64,000 bases of DNA from Rhizophagus irregularis (lineage: Eukaryota): assembly GCF_026210795.1 (NCBI RefSeq), contig NC_089429.1:2480001-2544000 (forward strand), in the 5' to 3' direction. Below are positions 37,470 through 50,813 of this stretch, one piece after another (positions within the stretch are counted from its first letter, which is position 1; the number at the start of each line of letters is the position of its first letter). Both the position numbers and the translations under genes were made by a program. The notes beneath the pieces are model-generated. The model was not told the DNA's origin. It did not search any database and saw only the letters and a program-made list of their open reading frames with translations.

Positions 37470-39480
37470 TATTATATTTTGATTCTTTGACGATTCATCA
37501 TCATCATCGTTACAGAATTCTTTAATGATCCCTATAAGTAATTGAGACATTTCTAAAAAAGAAACAAAAATGATTAATTAAACGAGATTATAAATATCAA
37601 AATTAATAATTTAACAAAATAACTTTTTACCAGCTCAGAATTTGTTTACAAGATAAAGAAACTTTCGTATAATCCAAATTCAAAAATGTTAATTTTGAAA
37701 GTCCTGTATTAAAAAAATTTTAGATCGTATATATCAGGTCAAATATTGATAATAATAAAGGGTAATAAAGTTTACCTTCAAGTTCTTTTACACCTTTATC
37801 TGTAACACAATTATATCCAACTTTAAGATATTTTAAACTCCTAATATGGGAAAATGCAGAATTACCAATTATTCGTAAAGATTCATTTTTAATCCTTGTT
37901 TTACTTAAACTTAAGATGTGTAAATTTCTTGTAAATCTAGAAATTATAAAATTCTCATTTTTTTTTTAATAATTTAATCGGAAATTCCGATGAACCAACT
38001 TCGTAAATTATCCACTCCGATATCTGATGTTTTCTAAATCTAATAATCAGAAAAAAAAACTAATTAAATATTTAACAAATAAATATAACCGATATATATA
38101 AAGCCAATAGTGTATACTTCCTGAAAAAAAAAATTTATATAATAATATGATGACTTAAATTAAATTAAAAAAATATTTTCATACTTTATAAGGCTATCAA
38201 TTTATTCAATTAATTTAGTTCCAGATAAAGATAATATGTAAAAAAAAAGAAATTAATTTTTTTTTAAATAAACAAATTTGGGAAAAAAAATTCGTTTAGT
38301 AATAAATTAATTATACCTTTTCATAGCTTCAATGTGCAAAATACCGACATCAGTAGCATTGCTTATTAAAGGCAATTCTACCAATAAGTAAAAAAAATAA
38401 TTCATTTTAAATAAGCCAATAAAAAAAGCACATTCTTCTTGCCAGAAAAGTTATGCAATATATCACTTGAAGTTGATGAAATTGAGAGACTTGTACTTTA
38501 AATAATAAATTATGATATCAAAAATAATGAACATTACTAATTAATAATCACAATAACAATAAATATACCTATTGCCATCCATTTCAATCCAATCGACCAA
38601 TTCCTGTAGTTTCGGGTCAAAGTTCAAATCAACAAGATTTATAATATTTTCATTACATCTTGATCACAAAGTTTCGTTCTGGAAATATTCAAAAACTCTA
38701 AACTTTGAAAACTTGAAGGATTAACTGAAACTTGAGTAGAGTGCTGTCAAGATTAAGGGAACGTATGTTCACCTGTTCATCAATGCCAAATCATTAATTA
38801 TTAATTAATCTATGGTCCTGGGAATATACATTAAGAGTTTAAAATAATATTTACGCTGTCTTCCATTAAAACACCATTACAGTACGATAAGTCCATCAAT
38901 CCAACGTTTTTGCGAAGGAGAAATTTGCAAATAATTTTCTCAAACGCCAATAGTCACATTTGTCTTTAATAAATTTAAATTGGTTAAATTCTCAAATCCT
39001 ATAATTTCTTATTTAAAAAAAAATTATTTATATAAATCAAAATTGTATGATTAAAAACCCTTTATTAGTTAATAAAAATTAAATACCTTGTAAAGCTGGG
39101 AGAGCACGATCTTTAACCCTACAAGACGAAACTATAAAAAAACCAACAAATTTTTTAATTTAGATATCAAGGAATGAAATGCATTATATAAAATCGTTAA
39201 ATTGAACCTCGTAATCCATTGATCCTGTATCGGTTAATACTTCACATTCTCTTACAGTAAGCTGACTCTCGTAACTAAAGCACGATTGAGTGTTACCGAT
39301 AACTTCCAATAAAGAGTCAGTTGCTCGCGGATACAATATTCTGTAAATTACTGTGATTATAAACAATTAAATAATTAATTTCAATAATTCGATACCATTC
39401 GCAAATCGTCTAAAAGTAAGGGAATCAAATTTGTTTAAATTTATCAACTCTGCCGATTCTTAGTATATGTTTTATGACAT
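37470..39480 (-). pseudogene. Multi-exon RNI-like leucine-rich-repeat gene, disrupted
   Basis: LRR-type exons (LHILSLSKTRIKNESLRIIG..LKYLKVGYNCVTDKGVKELE; LTNLNLLKTNVT; LTVRECEVLTDTG) separated by GT-AG introns; stops and frameshifts. Confidence 0.7.
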
Positions 39481-39721
39481 ATATGATCACGTGGTGAAGT
39501 CTGTTTGTCCGCTCGCGATACATCAATCGAAATTTTATTCTACATTGATAAAAATAAATATTTATAAAATAAATTGTGATACACTGATAAACAAGATATG
39601 AATAATAAAAAATATTTTTTCGCTCCAGACTCACAACGGTTTCCGTTTTCTAGTTTATAAAATCATTAGTATGATTTTTCGCATATCTATAAAATTACCT
39701 TTAATATAACGTTAGAAACTA

Positions 39722-39807
39722 CAGTAAGACTTCTATATGGTCATACCCATATAGTCATATCTTACGATCTATATAATCACATAGGTGATTATAAAGAAGT
39801 TCTACAG
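39722..39807. mobile_element. Tiny Tc1/mariner (pogo-like) deletion derivative
   Basis: TA|CAGTAAGACTTCTATA ... TATAAAGAAGTTCTACAG|TA; imperfect TIRs with TA on both sides. Confidence 0.45.
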
Positions 39808-40059
39808 TAACTTATTTATTTTATTTGTGTTAAGAGTCAATTAAAGTTTTAAAGAGTAAAGAAAAGGTAGAGTTTACTGAACTTAATATCATTGACAATA
39901 ATTATGTACTTTAATCAGAATAATAAATAGCTATGTACTATTTTACTTTATTTATTATTTTATAATGAACTTTTTTATAATTGATTACAAACTGGTTCTA
40001 CCTATAGAAAGAATAATACTCTATAATAAAACATAATATATCATTTATAATTATTCTAA

Positions 40060-43000
40060 TTATTGTAATCTCTTCTTTATTTCTTGCATTTCTGCTAACA
40101 TATTTTGTGAGGAATTCTTCATTGCTTGTATTTCTTCTAATATATCCTGTAAAGAAATTTCATTTTCAAGTGGAATATTGAGTTTTTCCATTAATTTTTT
40201 TCTCGATTCTGAAATTTTATTGGTATTCCATTCACCCTTATCAATCATTTCTTTAACTTTTTTACGAGTCTCATTAATATTAGCACAATAATATCTTTAA
40301 ATAAATTTGTGTTAATAAATAGGTTAAATTATTTAAAAAGTAAAATAAATAATATATTTTACATACATCATTTCAGGAAACCAGTCATTCCAACGTCTTT
40401 GAAATGGTAATAGGTAAAATAACTCAACTTCAGCCAAAAACTAAATAGATAAAATTATGGCAGTTTTAAGAAAAATTTTATATTAAGTTGTTATTAAATT
40501 AAATAATACCTCTGCTCTTGTTATCAAAAATGAGTCATCGCGATCTTTTGTTGCCTCACTAAATAGTGCGATAAATACATTCAGAATATAAATAGCCATA
40601 AAGAATGCGAACAAAATCATTAATATCATAAGTGTAGGATTTTCTTCATATGTCCAATTAGAAAAGGAACTTGTATCGCCTATATATTTAAACAAGTTTA
40701 AAAGGTTAATAAAGTTAATTAAATTGTTAATAATAGATACTTTCATTATAAATTCATACCTGTGAGTAATAAACACGTTGCAAAAAATGAAGTAGCGAAG
40801 GTTGTAAACATGTTTGTGTTCTCATCGGGTTTTTGTAAAATAAATAAATTGGAATTAACGCTAGTATTATTTACAAATACTTGATAATTAGGGGACAAAT
40901 TCCAAGGATTATTAGGGTCATCATTAACTATACGTTCATCTAAGGGATAATTCATTTTTGGTGATAATATAGTATAAAATGCATATGAAAAACTTATTAA
41001 AATAACCATTATAAAGTTTGTGAAGAAAAACATGACCCGCTTTGCAATTCTAATAACGATTGCATAATATGTTTCATAATATTTAAATACCCTAAAAAAT
41101 GACATAATTTTTAAATTTAAGAACAGGCATGAAAAAGTTATATATGGAAGTATCTGGTCATGATCATTTCCTTGAAGCCACAAAATTGAAGTGCAAATGG
41201 AAAATACGTATACAAATAAATCTAAATAATGATAAATATTTAGTTAGTACTTTCTCGAGTTTCATTCTCTAAAATGATTATAATTTTATACCATATATTT
41301 TCCCAATATCACGAATCCATTTAATAGGATTATAAATAAATTGACGAACTTCAAAACTTAGATAAATAAATCCAAATAAAGTTGAAATTTTCAAAAGTTC
41401 TTTTTGAATACCTACATATTCTTGTTGTGAAATTCTGGCAGCTACATTAAAACATACAAGTAAAATTAAATATCCACTCCAAATAAATATATAATAACGT
41501 TTTCCATATCTATTCCATTTAAAATTGAGTAATGCTTCTCCACTCCATGTTTTATAAATATCACTATTTATTGTTTCAATAAATGGACTGGACTGAGGCC
41601 AAAATAATTCTGAAAACCAATTGTAATCTTTTGGATAGTTTACAAAGTTAATATATGGAGTTGTGAAAATAAATGATGGTATTTTTTCAGTTGCAACATT
41701 ATTAAAATCAAAATTGATAAAACTTATTATTCTATAAAGAATTACTAAAATTAATCCTGAAATAATTGTTATTAAATGTATTGGAATAAATATTAAAAAT
41801 AGAATTAGACGTTGTATTAGGTTCACTAGACAAAATGATTTCCAAAAATATATCAACAATTCATAGAATATTTTAACTTGAAAATCTTTTTGAGGAAATT
41901 GAAAAGAGGAAAGATGTAAACTGTTTACTATATTATAAGAGGGTGAATCTACGATAATTGCTGTTTCCAGTGAGTATCTTAATATATATTCTGGGTAATA
42001 TTTATCCAGTAATGGCAAGTTAGAATTAATGATACTTAAAAATATTATGTTATTAAAATCTTCTTCAAAACGATTTATACATTTTTTGTAAATGTCTTCT
42101 ATTAATTCTAACTTATGTTCGTTAATTGCAAATTTTAATAATACTACACCATATTTTAAGAGTCTTGACTTATTATCTTTTACATCTAAAATCCATTCAA
42201 CATTATATTTAAAACTGTCATGATTTGGTAAAGGCAAAGTAGGTTTTGAAAATATTTGTAATAGTTTTGTATTATCTTTACTGCTTGAATTGAGAATTAT
42301 ATAATAATAATAGCTTAAAGAAATGGATTTATCATTCTCATTAAAATAGAAAATTAAAGGACCGATACTTGTTAATATGATGATGTCATCATTAATTAAC
42401 TTAAATCCAAGTAATGATAAGCCCACTGTTAACTCTACAAACTTTACACCTCTCGTGCAAATTGAAACATTATTTTTAAAAACATGTAGTTCAATTTTAT
42501 AATCCTTACAAGTAATTCTCCATTCAATCGAATTTTGACTCGAATTTAGTTCATATTTACTATTATAATTTGTTATAGCTTCTTGAAATAATTCACGTAC
42601 AGTATCCATATATGAATCAAGTAAAAGAATATGTAAGTGATCATACATCTTACTCATTTCCTCATTGGTCTTAAAGTCATTATCATATTCCTCATTGGTC
42701 ATCATTTTTTCCAAATCAATTTTCCAAACATTTCCATCTATAAATCCAAATACGTGTTTACTTGTAGCTTGAATGATACTTGGATAAGATTCTTTTGGCA
42801 ATAAGTCATTCTGTTTTAAGTGGCATAAACACTTTTTCCAATAATTCTTCATAATGGAATCCGAAAATCCATTGCTTGTTATATTAATGAATAAAGGAAA
42901 TAATAGAGAACATAAAGTAGGATATTTGTCAAGCATACTTAGTTGAATATCTAAAAAAAAAGGATGTTGTTAGTAAAGTTTAATAATATAATACGGCGAT

Positions 43001-43916
43001 GTTAACCTTTAAAAAAACAAATTACCATTATTTAAATTCAAGGAAGCAACTGGAATTTTTAATTCAACTGAATAAATACTAATTTTATCCTTGATTCTCG
43101 TACAAATAAACTTCTTATTGCCAATAATCCGGATATTTTTTCTGATATTTTCGTCGATATTTTCGTCAATCACCAATATTTTTGTACTCTTACAAATATC
43201 AGAATACCATATTGTATTAAGATTCCATTTATAAATAGATTTATTTGAAAATAAATAACATACATTCTGGTATGATATGCTAATCAACCTAAAATCTTCA
43301 AAATATGTAGATATTGGAAGCGTTTCTATGAAACTCCATTCGTTATTTTTAGTTTGCATGGAATAAAATAAAAATTTTTTATATTCATCATTGTATAATA
43401 TAAGAACACCTTTTAAGTTAAAGGTACAATAATCGTAACTTTTACGATTACCCCAATTTAATTTGATTTTTTGATCATTATTCATATCGTATATTTCTAA
43501 TAAAATATGATTAAATAAATCAGTATTAATTGCCGTAGTTATCTTTTAAAATTTTTAAGAATGATAGATAATTATAACTTACTTAAAGTTCTATTTTTAC
43601 TGATATACACAATTTCTTTATTATTAGAAACACACATCGAATGTAAGTCAAAATTATCTTCTTCACTTATGTCATTTAATTTAACCGTTTTTTCTAATTT
43701 AAGTGGGCCCTCATCAATATCTTTAATATTCCAACCGACAATCGAATGGTCTTCATGACTATAGGTAACGAGATAAATTTCATTTGGCGAAACTTCTATC
43801 TTTGTAATAGGTTTACCGCTATGTGGTTTACCTATCTTCGTAACAGGATTGTCGCTATGTGGTTTATCGTTATCAATATTATCGATTTCTAAGGCAATTT
43901 CATCCATTTGACTCAT
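40060..43916 (-). CDS. WD40-like N-terminus plus TRP-like cation-channel domain protein, about seven exons
   Basis: PITKIEVSPNEIYLVTYS N-terminus; EALLNFKWNRYG; several TM helices; pore-like SFFATCLLLTG/D; YILNVFIALFS; AEVELFYLLPFQRRW..WFPE; five ORFs joined by GT-AG introns. Confidence 0.85.
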
Positions 43917-45656
43917 GGAATAATAAGGAATTTTATTTTGTAAAAAAAAGTAGCTAATCTTAATCGAATGATTAACGTTCTTAAAGCAACCACCTGCTAT
44001 AGTTTATTTAATATAAGCTAAAGTGATACAAAGATTTATTGTTGGGGAAAGCAAACTGGGAAATTGTGCGTTATTTGATATGATAATCATTCTGGCGTAA
44101 TAAATTTGGCATATAATGCAATAATTATTATGTCGTACTAAAAAAAAGCGAACTAATTACATTTGAATCTTCCTTTTGTAAATAGTTGGGTCACATTATC
44201 GTTTTGAGATACTATTGAACTACAGGAAATTTATTCGGATGAGGGAAGTTAATCGAGTAATTGATCGTCGATCGGCGTGTTTTGCTTATAATTATCAAGT
44301 GTCAGTGTTAAAAAAATATAATGAAAATAAAACTATAAAAGTAGTTTAGAGGTTATACCACATAACGCCTAATTCTAATTACTATCTAATCAAGCAAGAT
44401 ATGTATGATTATGATAATATAAGACATACACTAAGTTGTGACTCATTTTGACCAAGCTCGGTTATAATATTTTTGGAAAATTATTACTTTTTTTATACTC
44501 TCATTGACTGGCATTTAAAAAAAAAAAAAAATTTAATTACAAATTATTCATGTAGGAGGTTCCTTATTTTAACGGTGATAACGCTATTGACTGAAAATAC
44601 ATAATTAATACGTAATTAAATCCGCAAAGAAATTCCATACACAGTACTGTCTTAAAATCTTCGATTTATTTATTTCAACAAATTATTATTATTTATCAAT
44701 AATAATGATTCTTATATTATAAAAAATAAAAAATAAAAAAAATATTTTTTTTGTCAAAGTAAATCCGTTGCTCTTTTTTTTTAAAAAAAATTATCTGTTA
44801 CCAGAATAAAACTCAGAAATTATTTCTGTTCCTTCTTTTTTTACTTTTAATGTATTTTCTTGTATTTTAAAAATGGTAAAAATATAACATGTGAGTTATG
44901 ATCGATAAGCATATGAACTATGGGATATCGCTCAATAATAATATTTGTTTGTTTAACAAAAAAAAAAATAGTAATAATACAAAAAAATGCAATATGCCAA
45001 TATGCGATATAAAGTACGCCGACCATTTAACAATGCATAACATTTTGATTGATTTTCAAAAAAGGGAATTCTAATGGTGACTGCACATCGAAGATCATAT
45101 TTTTGTAGAGTAAATACTTACTACCTTTTATTCGGAGTTAGACATAAAATTTTACCTTAAAATAATAAATATGTAAAAAAACAAACATGGTTAGATATTA
45201 AACGTACTAAAATTTTGAGAATTTAATTTTAAAAGATTGTTTACATCTTTTTGATTTAAACTTACAGTATTTGTAAATTTATATAATGACATTGTTTGTT
45301 TCAGTCAAAAAAAAAAAAAGTTTTCCGAAGGCTGCGATGACAAATAAGCTAGAATAGTGATCTAGATAAAAATATTACTAGACAGGAGAAATCTAGACCG
45401 GTCTACACTATTCGTCACCTATTATTCATCACTATCCTTGTGAAAGAAAATTTAACCAATAGAAATCAATCACGTGAACACATTTATCGCTTTCTTAAAT
45501 ATATACAAATTTGTTCAAAAAATTAAGAACAAAGACAATTCTTCTGAGAGCTGCGCCACACCTTGACTATGCCGGATAATTTTCATAATAACAATGAAAT
45601 ATCACAAAGGGGATAGACACTTCAAAGCATAGAAGACCAAACGCCGAAAAATCGTG

Positions 45657-45658
<2 letters not shown>

Positions 45659-45694
<36 letters not shown>

Positions 45695-47837
45695 ATAAAC
45701 GTATTTTATTGACTTTATTAGTAATTATAACGCATCATAATACATAATAAATTTTAAAACAAAAATACATTGAAATTTAACAACATAAAGCTATTAAATC
45801 TCTTCATATCAAAGCCAAGGAATTAGTTAACCAAGGCATGATTTTACATAACCAAAGATATTATAATACTACGAGTAAAATTATGTATTGACTAAATTAC
45901 TAATTATTCTGTTCCCTAATCTATTTCTATCTGATTTTCCTAAACTAAATACGTCGTTTTTCACATTTTCTTCTAAATCTATTTTTGTAAGTTTTTTAAT
46001 TTTTTTCTTGTTTTTTCGGTTTTCTATATTTTCTAAAATACTTTCCTCTATCATTTCATCTAATTCCTCTTCCCGCTTCTTCCTTTTTAGATCTTAAAAA
46101 ATTACAATTAAATATATGGGTAGTAAGATGTGATGAAACGGTTGAAATTGAAAAACAAATGGGTATTTTTAAAGATAGTTATCAAAGATTTCTCTCAAGA
46201 TATTTTTCTCCGCGCTATTTGTACATATATTTATCCAATTATCGTTAATAATACCTCTAGTCACTTCTCGCAACAAGTTTTCTGTCGTCATCAATTTTGA
46301 TCTTGTTGATGCTATGTCAAATAAGTTTCTTTCAAATTCTTTGACAAGGTTCTCGTCTTTATCCGTTACCATTACACTAGAAATCACCTCCGATACAGAT
46401 TCCTTAAATAATACGTATTCTGAATTATTAACGTCATTCTTCGTACAAATCCAAATATGATCCCATGTTTCATCTTCGATCATACAACGAGGACATTTTA
46501 TGCTCTTAATACCCCACACTTTTCTATTCCATAATATTTCATATGTCGGTAAAATCTTAAAAAAATTTTTAACTCTAAAGGTTCTAATCGAAGCATCAAC
46601 TCTACTTGTTATATTTCTGGGTGTTGATATTTCATTGTTAATAAGCCTAAATGATTTTTTCCAATCAATAGTCACATTTGCTCCGTTACTATTAATAAAG
46701 CAATCTTTTACGTAGTCTAATAATATCACATCTATTCGGTTGATATTATTACTTATTTTTTTGAACCAGTGCCTATATGCTCCTTCTATAGGTTTATTAT
46801 TCCATCTTAAAACATATTCATCAATAAGAATATTATTAATTTTCAACACCACCTCCGGAATACTAGTTTTACCTTTTATCAATTCACGTTTAAGTGCTGG
46901 TAATTTAAACTCCTGCGTCGCTACTTGTATATGTTCCATCTCATTAACTACTTTTAATTTTATATTCTTTAATTCTAATATTTCGTTAACGCAAATTAAA
47001 TATATGTAATTAGGATCATCCAAATCTCTCCTTATACTTCCCACTTTACTATACTTATACAACCACGCTACTATACCTAAATCTGTTTGTAAATCTATTA
47101 TAATATTACATGGTAAAATTATTATAGCTACAATCAATGCAATAATATAAATTTTGCGCTCATATCTAATATTTTTAACTCTTCCTTCAACACAAAATTT
47201 CTCAATATTACTTTTTTTTGGAAAAATTTCTATGGCAAAAAAACCATCTAAACTAACATCTGAACCTTTTTGTATTACACCACCTATTTGCAATATGATT
47301 TCTTTATCAATAAAATTTCGTAAATTAACCGTTATAAAGTTATTTAATATATTATATATCCCTTCCTTTTCTATCATATAATCTAGCCACCTTCGTGAGT
47401 TGTGTACCATTTCATCAATATCACTATCTATCGCCATTTCATCTATATTTTCACTCTTTAAATTACTTAAATTGTCTTCAATAACGATGTCGTTCCTTTT
47501 AATGATATTTTCTAAAGTCATATACGGTTTAATATATCTTTCGCCACCCTCTGCCTCTTTTTCCCATCTACTCTTTATCATTACCGCTACTTCTTTTTCA
47601 ATATAAATCAAGCATTTAACACTTGCGCTTCTTCTTCTACTAATATTTCTTGCACAGCCTTTACAATCAATCAAAAATGGTGAATTAGTATTCTCATTAC
47701 TATTCTGCAAACTACTACACTCTACCATATGTCGACCTATTTCATCATAATTTTTGTGTTTTGCCTTTTTACTTCTAATACTATATAATGTTTCACTATT
47801 TTTATTCCACGTAATAATTTCTTTGTTACTTTCTTTA
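45659..47837 (-). mobile_element. 5'-truncated non-LTR retrotransposon (LINE) with poly(A) tail and TSD
   Basis: Pure T run 45659-45693; direct repeat AAAAATCG(T/C)GAAT at 45647-45659 and 47838-47850; ORF2 C-terminal part inside. Confidence 0.88.
46169..47728 (-). CDS. LINE ORF2 C-terminal fragment (degenerate RNase H-like region plus CCHC zinc knuckle)
   Basis: FRVKNFFKILPT...KCPRCMIEDETWDHIWIC (C-x2-C-x8-H-x3-C zf-RVT type); no RT core; ends at the micro-inversion. Confidence 0.8.
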   Translation of the reverse strand: MVECSSLQNSNENTNSPFLIDCKGCARNISRRRSASVKCLIYIEKEVAVMIKSRWEKEAEGGERYIKPYMTLENIIKRNDIVIEDNLSNLKSENIDEMAIDSDIDEMVHNSRRWLDYMIEKEGIYNILNNFITVNLRNFIDKEIILQIGGVIQKGSDVSLDGFFAIEIFPKKSNIEKFCVEGRVKNIRYERKIYIIALIVAIIILPCNIIIDLQTDLGIVAWLYKYSKVGSIRRDLDDPNYIYLICVNEILELKNIKLKVVNEMEHIQVATQEFKLPALKRELIKGKTSIPEVVLKINNILIDEYVLRWNNKPIEGAYRHWFKKISNNINRIDVILLDYVKDCFINSNGANVTIDWKKSFRLINNEISTPRNITSRVDASIRTFRVKNFFKILPTYEILWNRKVWGIKSIKCPRCMIEDETWDHIWICTKNDVNNSEYVLFKESVSEVISSVMVTDKDENLVKEFERNLFDIASTRSKLMTTENLLREVTRGIINDNWINICTNSAEKNILREIFDNYL

Positions 47838-47930
47838 AAAAATCGCGAATATTATCATTTAGGGATTAGCATGTATTCAATTTCGAGATATGTTACAGAT
47901 GATAAGCAGAAGATCGATTATCTGTTATAT

Positions 47931-48155
47931 TGAAATCTGTGTCAAGGTTGACGGCGCATATGCTGTGCCACAGTCCACAGATCTATCAACTTTTTAATTT
48001 GTTTATTGTTTACCGTTTGCGATAATTTTAAAATAGTCGTTTTTTTTCTAAGATGTGAAGAGATATTTATCAGTGCAACACGATAATCTAATTGGATGTG
48101 TGACGCGATCAGGAGCTGTGGCGCAGTGCATGCGCCGTCAACCTGACAGATTTCA
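47931..48155. mobile_element. Old MITE-like element with ~45-bp imperfect TIRs
   Basis: TGAAATCTGT(GT)CA(A)GGTTGACGGCGCAT..CTG.GCCACAG vs CTGTGGCGCAG..ATGCGCCGTCAACCTGACAGATTTCA; TSD not resolved. Confidence 0.65.
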
Positions 48156-48159
48156 GACA

Positions 48160-50210
48160 TGCATTATAGAGGAGGATATAAATAAAAGCTTAAATAAAGC
48201 CAGTAATGATAGCATATTTAATAGCAAAATCATCCCATTAATTTCTTTGAATGTTACATTAAACGAACAAATGATTTGGATTACAAAAGTGGATAAGAAG
48301 AATAGAATGAAAAAGACGCAGTAACACGTGTGTTAGGTGAAGTACAGGAGATTAGGAGAATTGAATACAAATTTGATAACAAATATAGAGCTTTCATCAA
48401 GGTCACGTTAATTGTAATTAAATAGGACATTTTGCAAAATTATGTCGAAATAGACCATCGGGAGGAAATAATTTTAGAAGTTTCAAAAGATATGATTACT
48501 CAGATCAAAAAAGAGGAAATCAACGTTATTATGATAGAGAATACGGAGAAGATAAAGGAAATTCTAGAGAAGATCGAGGAAAACAAGGTCCAAATGTTAA
48601 ATTTTTTCGAGGCGAAAGAAGTCAGAATCAACGAAATGAACAAAACAACAATGGATTATCAAAGTAGAGACCGATATGAACATGATAGATGTAACAATGG
48701 GAGGCGAGGGTTTAATAACTTTAAAGTTATTCAATTGATAAAAAACATAAATAATAGGAAGGAAGAAGAGAAAGGAGACGAGGGGAAAGTAGGAGGAGTC
48801 AAGAAAAAGAGGAAACAATTAGATACAAACGATAATAATAATAATCTAGAAAGAAACAATAGTAGTAACAACAATAAAAAATTAAAAAAAAGAAAAAAAG
48901 GAAAAGGTAAAGAATAAAAATATTAACATAAATAAAATAGCGACATATAACGTTCAGGGTTTAGGTAAAGAGATAAAGAAATGATTATTAAAAGAAGGAA
49001 AATAGGATTTAATTGGTTAAGCGAATCAAAATTAAAAAAAAGAGCCAGCGAAATTTTATTTTTCAGATTTTAAAGATTATCAAGCGTTCAATTCGTGCAA
49101 TGATAAAGCTAAAGAAGGAGTTACGATTTTAGTTAATAGGAAACATTTAGCAAATCATGTGACTAATATCGAATATATAGATGTTATAATTAAAATTGAT
49201 CTTATGTTAAGAAAAATGTTAGATGTATGGAAAGCAGAATAGAATAATTAATTGGTTAGTTAAAAATAAATTTGTTGATCCAGCTTTTATCAAATACGGA
49301 GAAATAACAGATGATATGATTACATGGAAATCTGGAGGAAATCAAGGTCGAATAGATTAAATATGGGTTAATAGCGACATAGAAGATATAATTGAAGACT
49401 ATTTGGATCATAATTTTGGATATAATGTAGAATTTGATTATAAATTAATAAAAGTATATTTACTAGATCAAACAGATCAAGCATTTACTTGGAGCGGTTA
49501 TCAAAAAACGAAAGGAGGAGAGGTAAATGATAGAAAGAAAGTAGTAGAAAAATGGGAGGAATTTGAAAATATCATAACAGAGGAATGGATTAATAGACTA
49601 GAAATGGATTACAGTAACGTGGAATAAGTATGGTCGAATATAAAGGAAATATTTAAAGAAGGAGAGAAAATCTTGCCTAAAAAGGAAATTAAGAAAATGG
49701 CCGGATTAGGAGGTTGTCTAAAGCAGGCAAATCACGTGACTTCGAAAAAAATTGTTTCATAAAATAAAACTTTTTACCATATATTCAACCATTCTAAACA
49801 CACATTCTAAATGCATTTTTGCCTGCTCTGCAAGTTTACTTAGAGCGCAGAGTAGGGTTTTGAATGCTGTTTTTGATTTATTTGACTTTTTCAATTTCGT
49901 TATCCATTTTTAGATATGATCGGCAAAGTTTCGTTCATTCATATGTAAAGTCGAAAACAATATTCATAATCCACTTTTTTTCCTTAAGTAAACTTGCAAA
50001 GCAGATAAAAATACGCTTATATTATGATTTTAAAGTTTATATTAATCTTTCTTTATAAAAAATTAATCTAATTAAAATTACACCGAATCACGTGATTTGC
50101 CCCCGCTTTAGACGACCTCCGGATTAGGAAATAAAAATTCGATAATGAAAAATAAAGAAATAAAAATTTTACAAGCGGTGCATAATAAACTCACAAATAT
50201 AATAAAAGAT
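48160..50210 (+). mobile_element. Older decayed LINE 5' part: ORF1-like region and APE endonuclease remnant
   Basis: Basic ORF1-like end (48432-48917), then KIATYNVQGL (~48935), GVTILV, TWKSGGNQGRID*IWV; many frameshifts; interrupted by a MITE. Confidence 0.75.
49710..50119. mobile_element. Mutator-like MITE (~410 bp) inserted in the old LINE
   Basis: TIR GAGGT(T/C)GTCTAAAGC..GGCAAATCACGTGA.TTCG; flanking duplication CCGGATTAGG at 49701-49710 and 50119-50128 (8-10 bp depending on boundary choice). Confidence 0.85.
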
Positions 50211-50252
50211 TTTTAATGAATGATATAATTTGCAGGCTGGGTGGGTGTTATT

Positions 50253-50520
50253 GCTTTAATAGTGTTATTTTGAAGTAATTAAAATCCTGTCGATAAATTG
50301 TACATTGCATACATTTTTTTAAAAAAAAGACATTTTTATTTATTAGAATATATTTCCTATTAAATACTTTAATCTTACTAAATCTTATTAATTCCGGCCA
50401 TTTAAAATGTCAGTTTATAATTTTTGCTAGAGTTAAAAAATACTGATTGAAAAAAATTTATAAATATGTTAACAAATATTAATTTGATGTTAACTATGAA
50501 TAACTTTTAAATTTTTTATC
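50253..50520 (+). repeat. Dispersed repeat, copy 2 (copy 1 at 36661-36985)
   Basis: Direct match with internal deletions relative to copy 1. Confidence 0.8.
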
Positions 50521-50813
50521 AAAAAAATTGAAGTGAAAAATTAAAAAATCAAAATTTTGCTGAAAAACAGCATTTTTGATGACCTTAGATAAATCTCTTC
50601 TTCTTGTAAATTTACATATAAAGTAACTTTTGAATATGTGTAGTTAATTATTTAATTTAATATTAATCTTATAAAATTTTAAAAAAAATTGGAATGGTGA
50701 AAATTACCAGTAGTGACAATCATCATTCGACATTTTCAAATATATAATCATCAAATATTTTAAATACTATCTATCATCATTATAACAAATGTTGGTACAT
50801 AATAACATAATAT

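Noticed and set aside
45659..50210. One LINE with a twin-priming 5' inversion
   Set aside because: The minus-strand part has its own TSD at 45647/47838 and is far less decayed than the plus-strand part, so these are two insertions.
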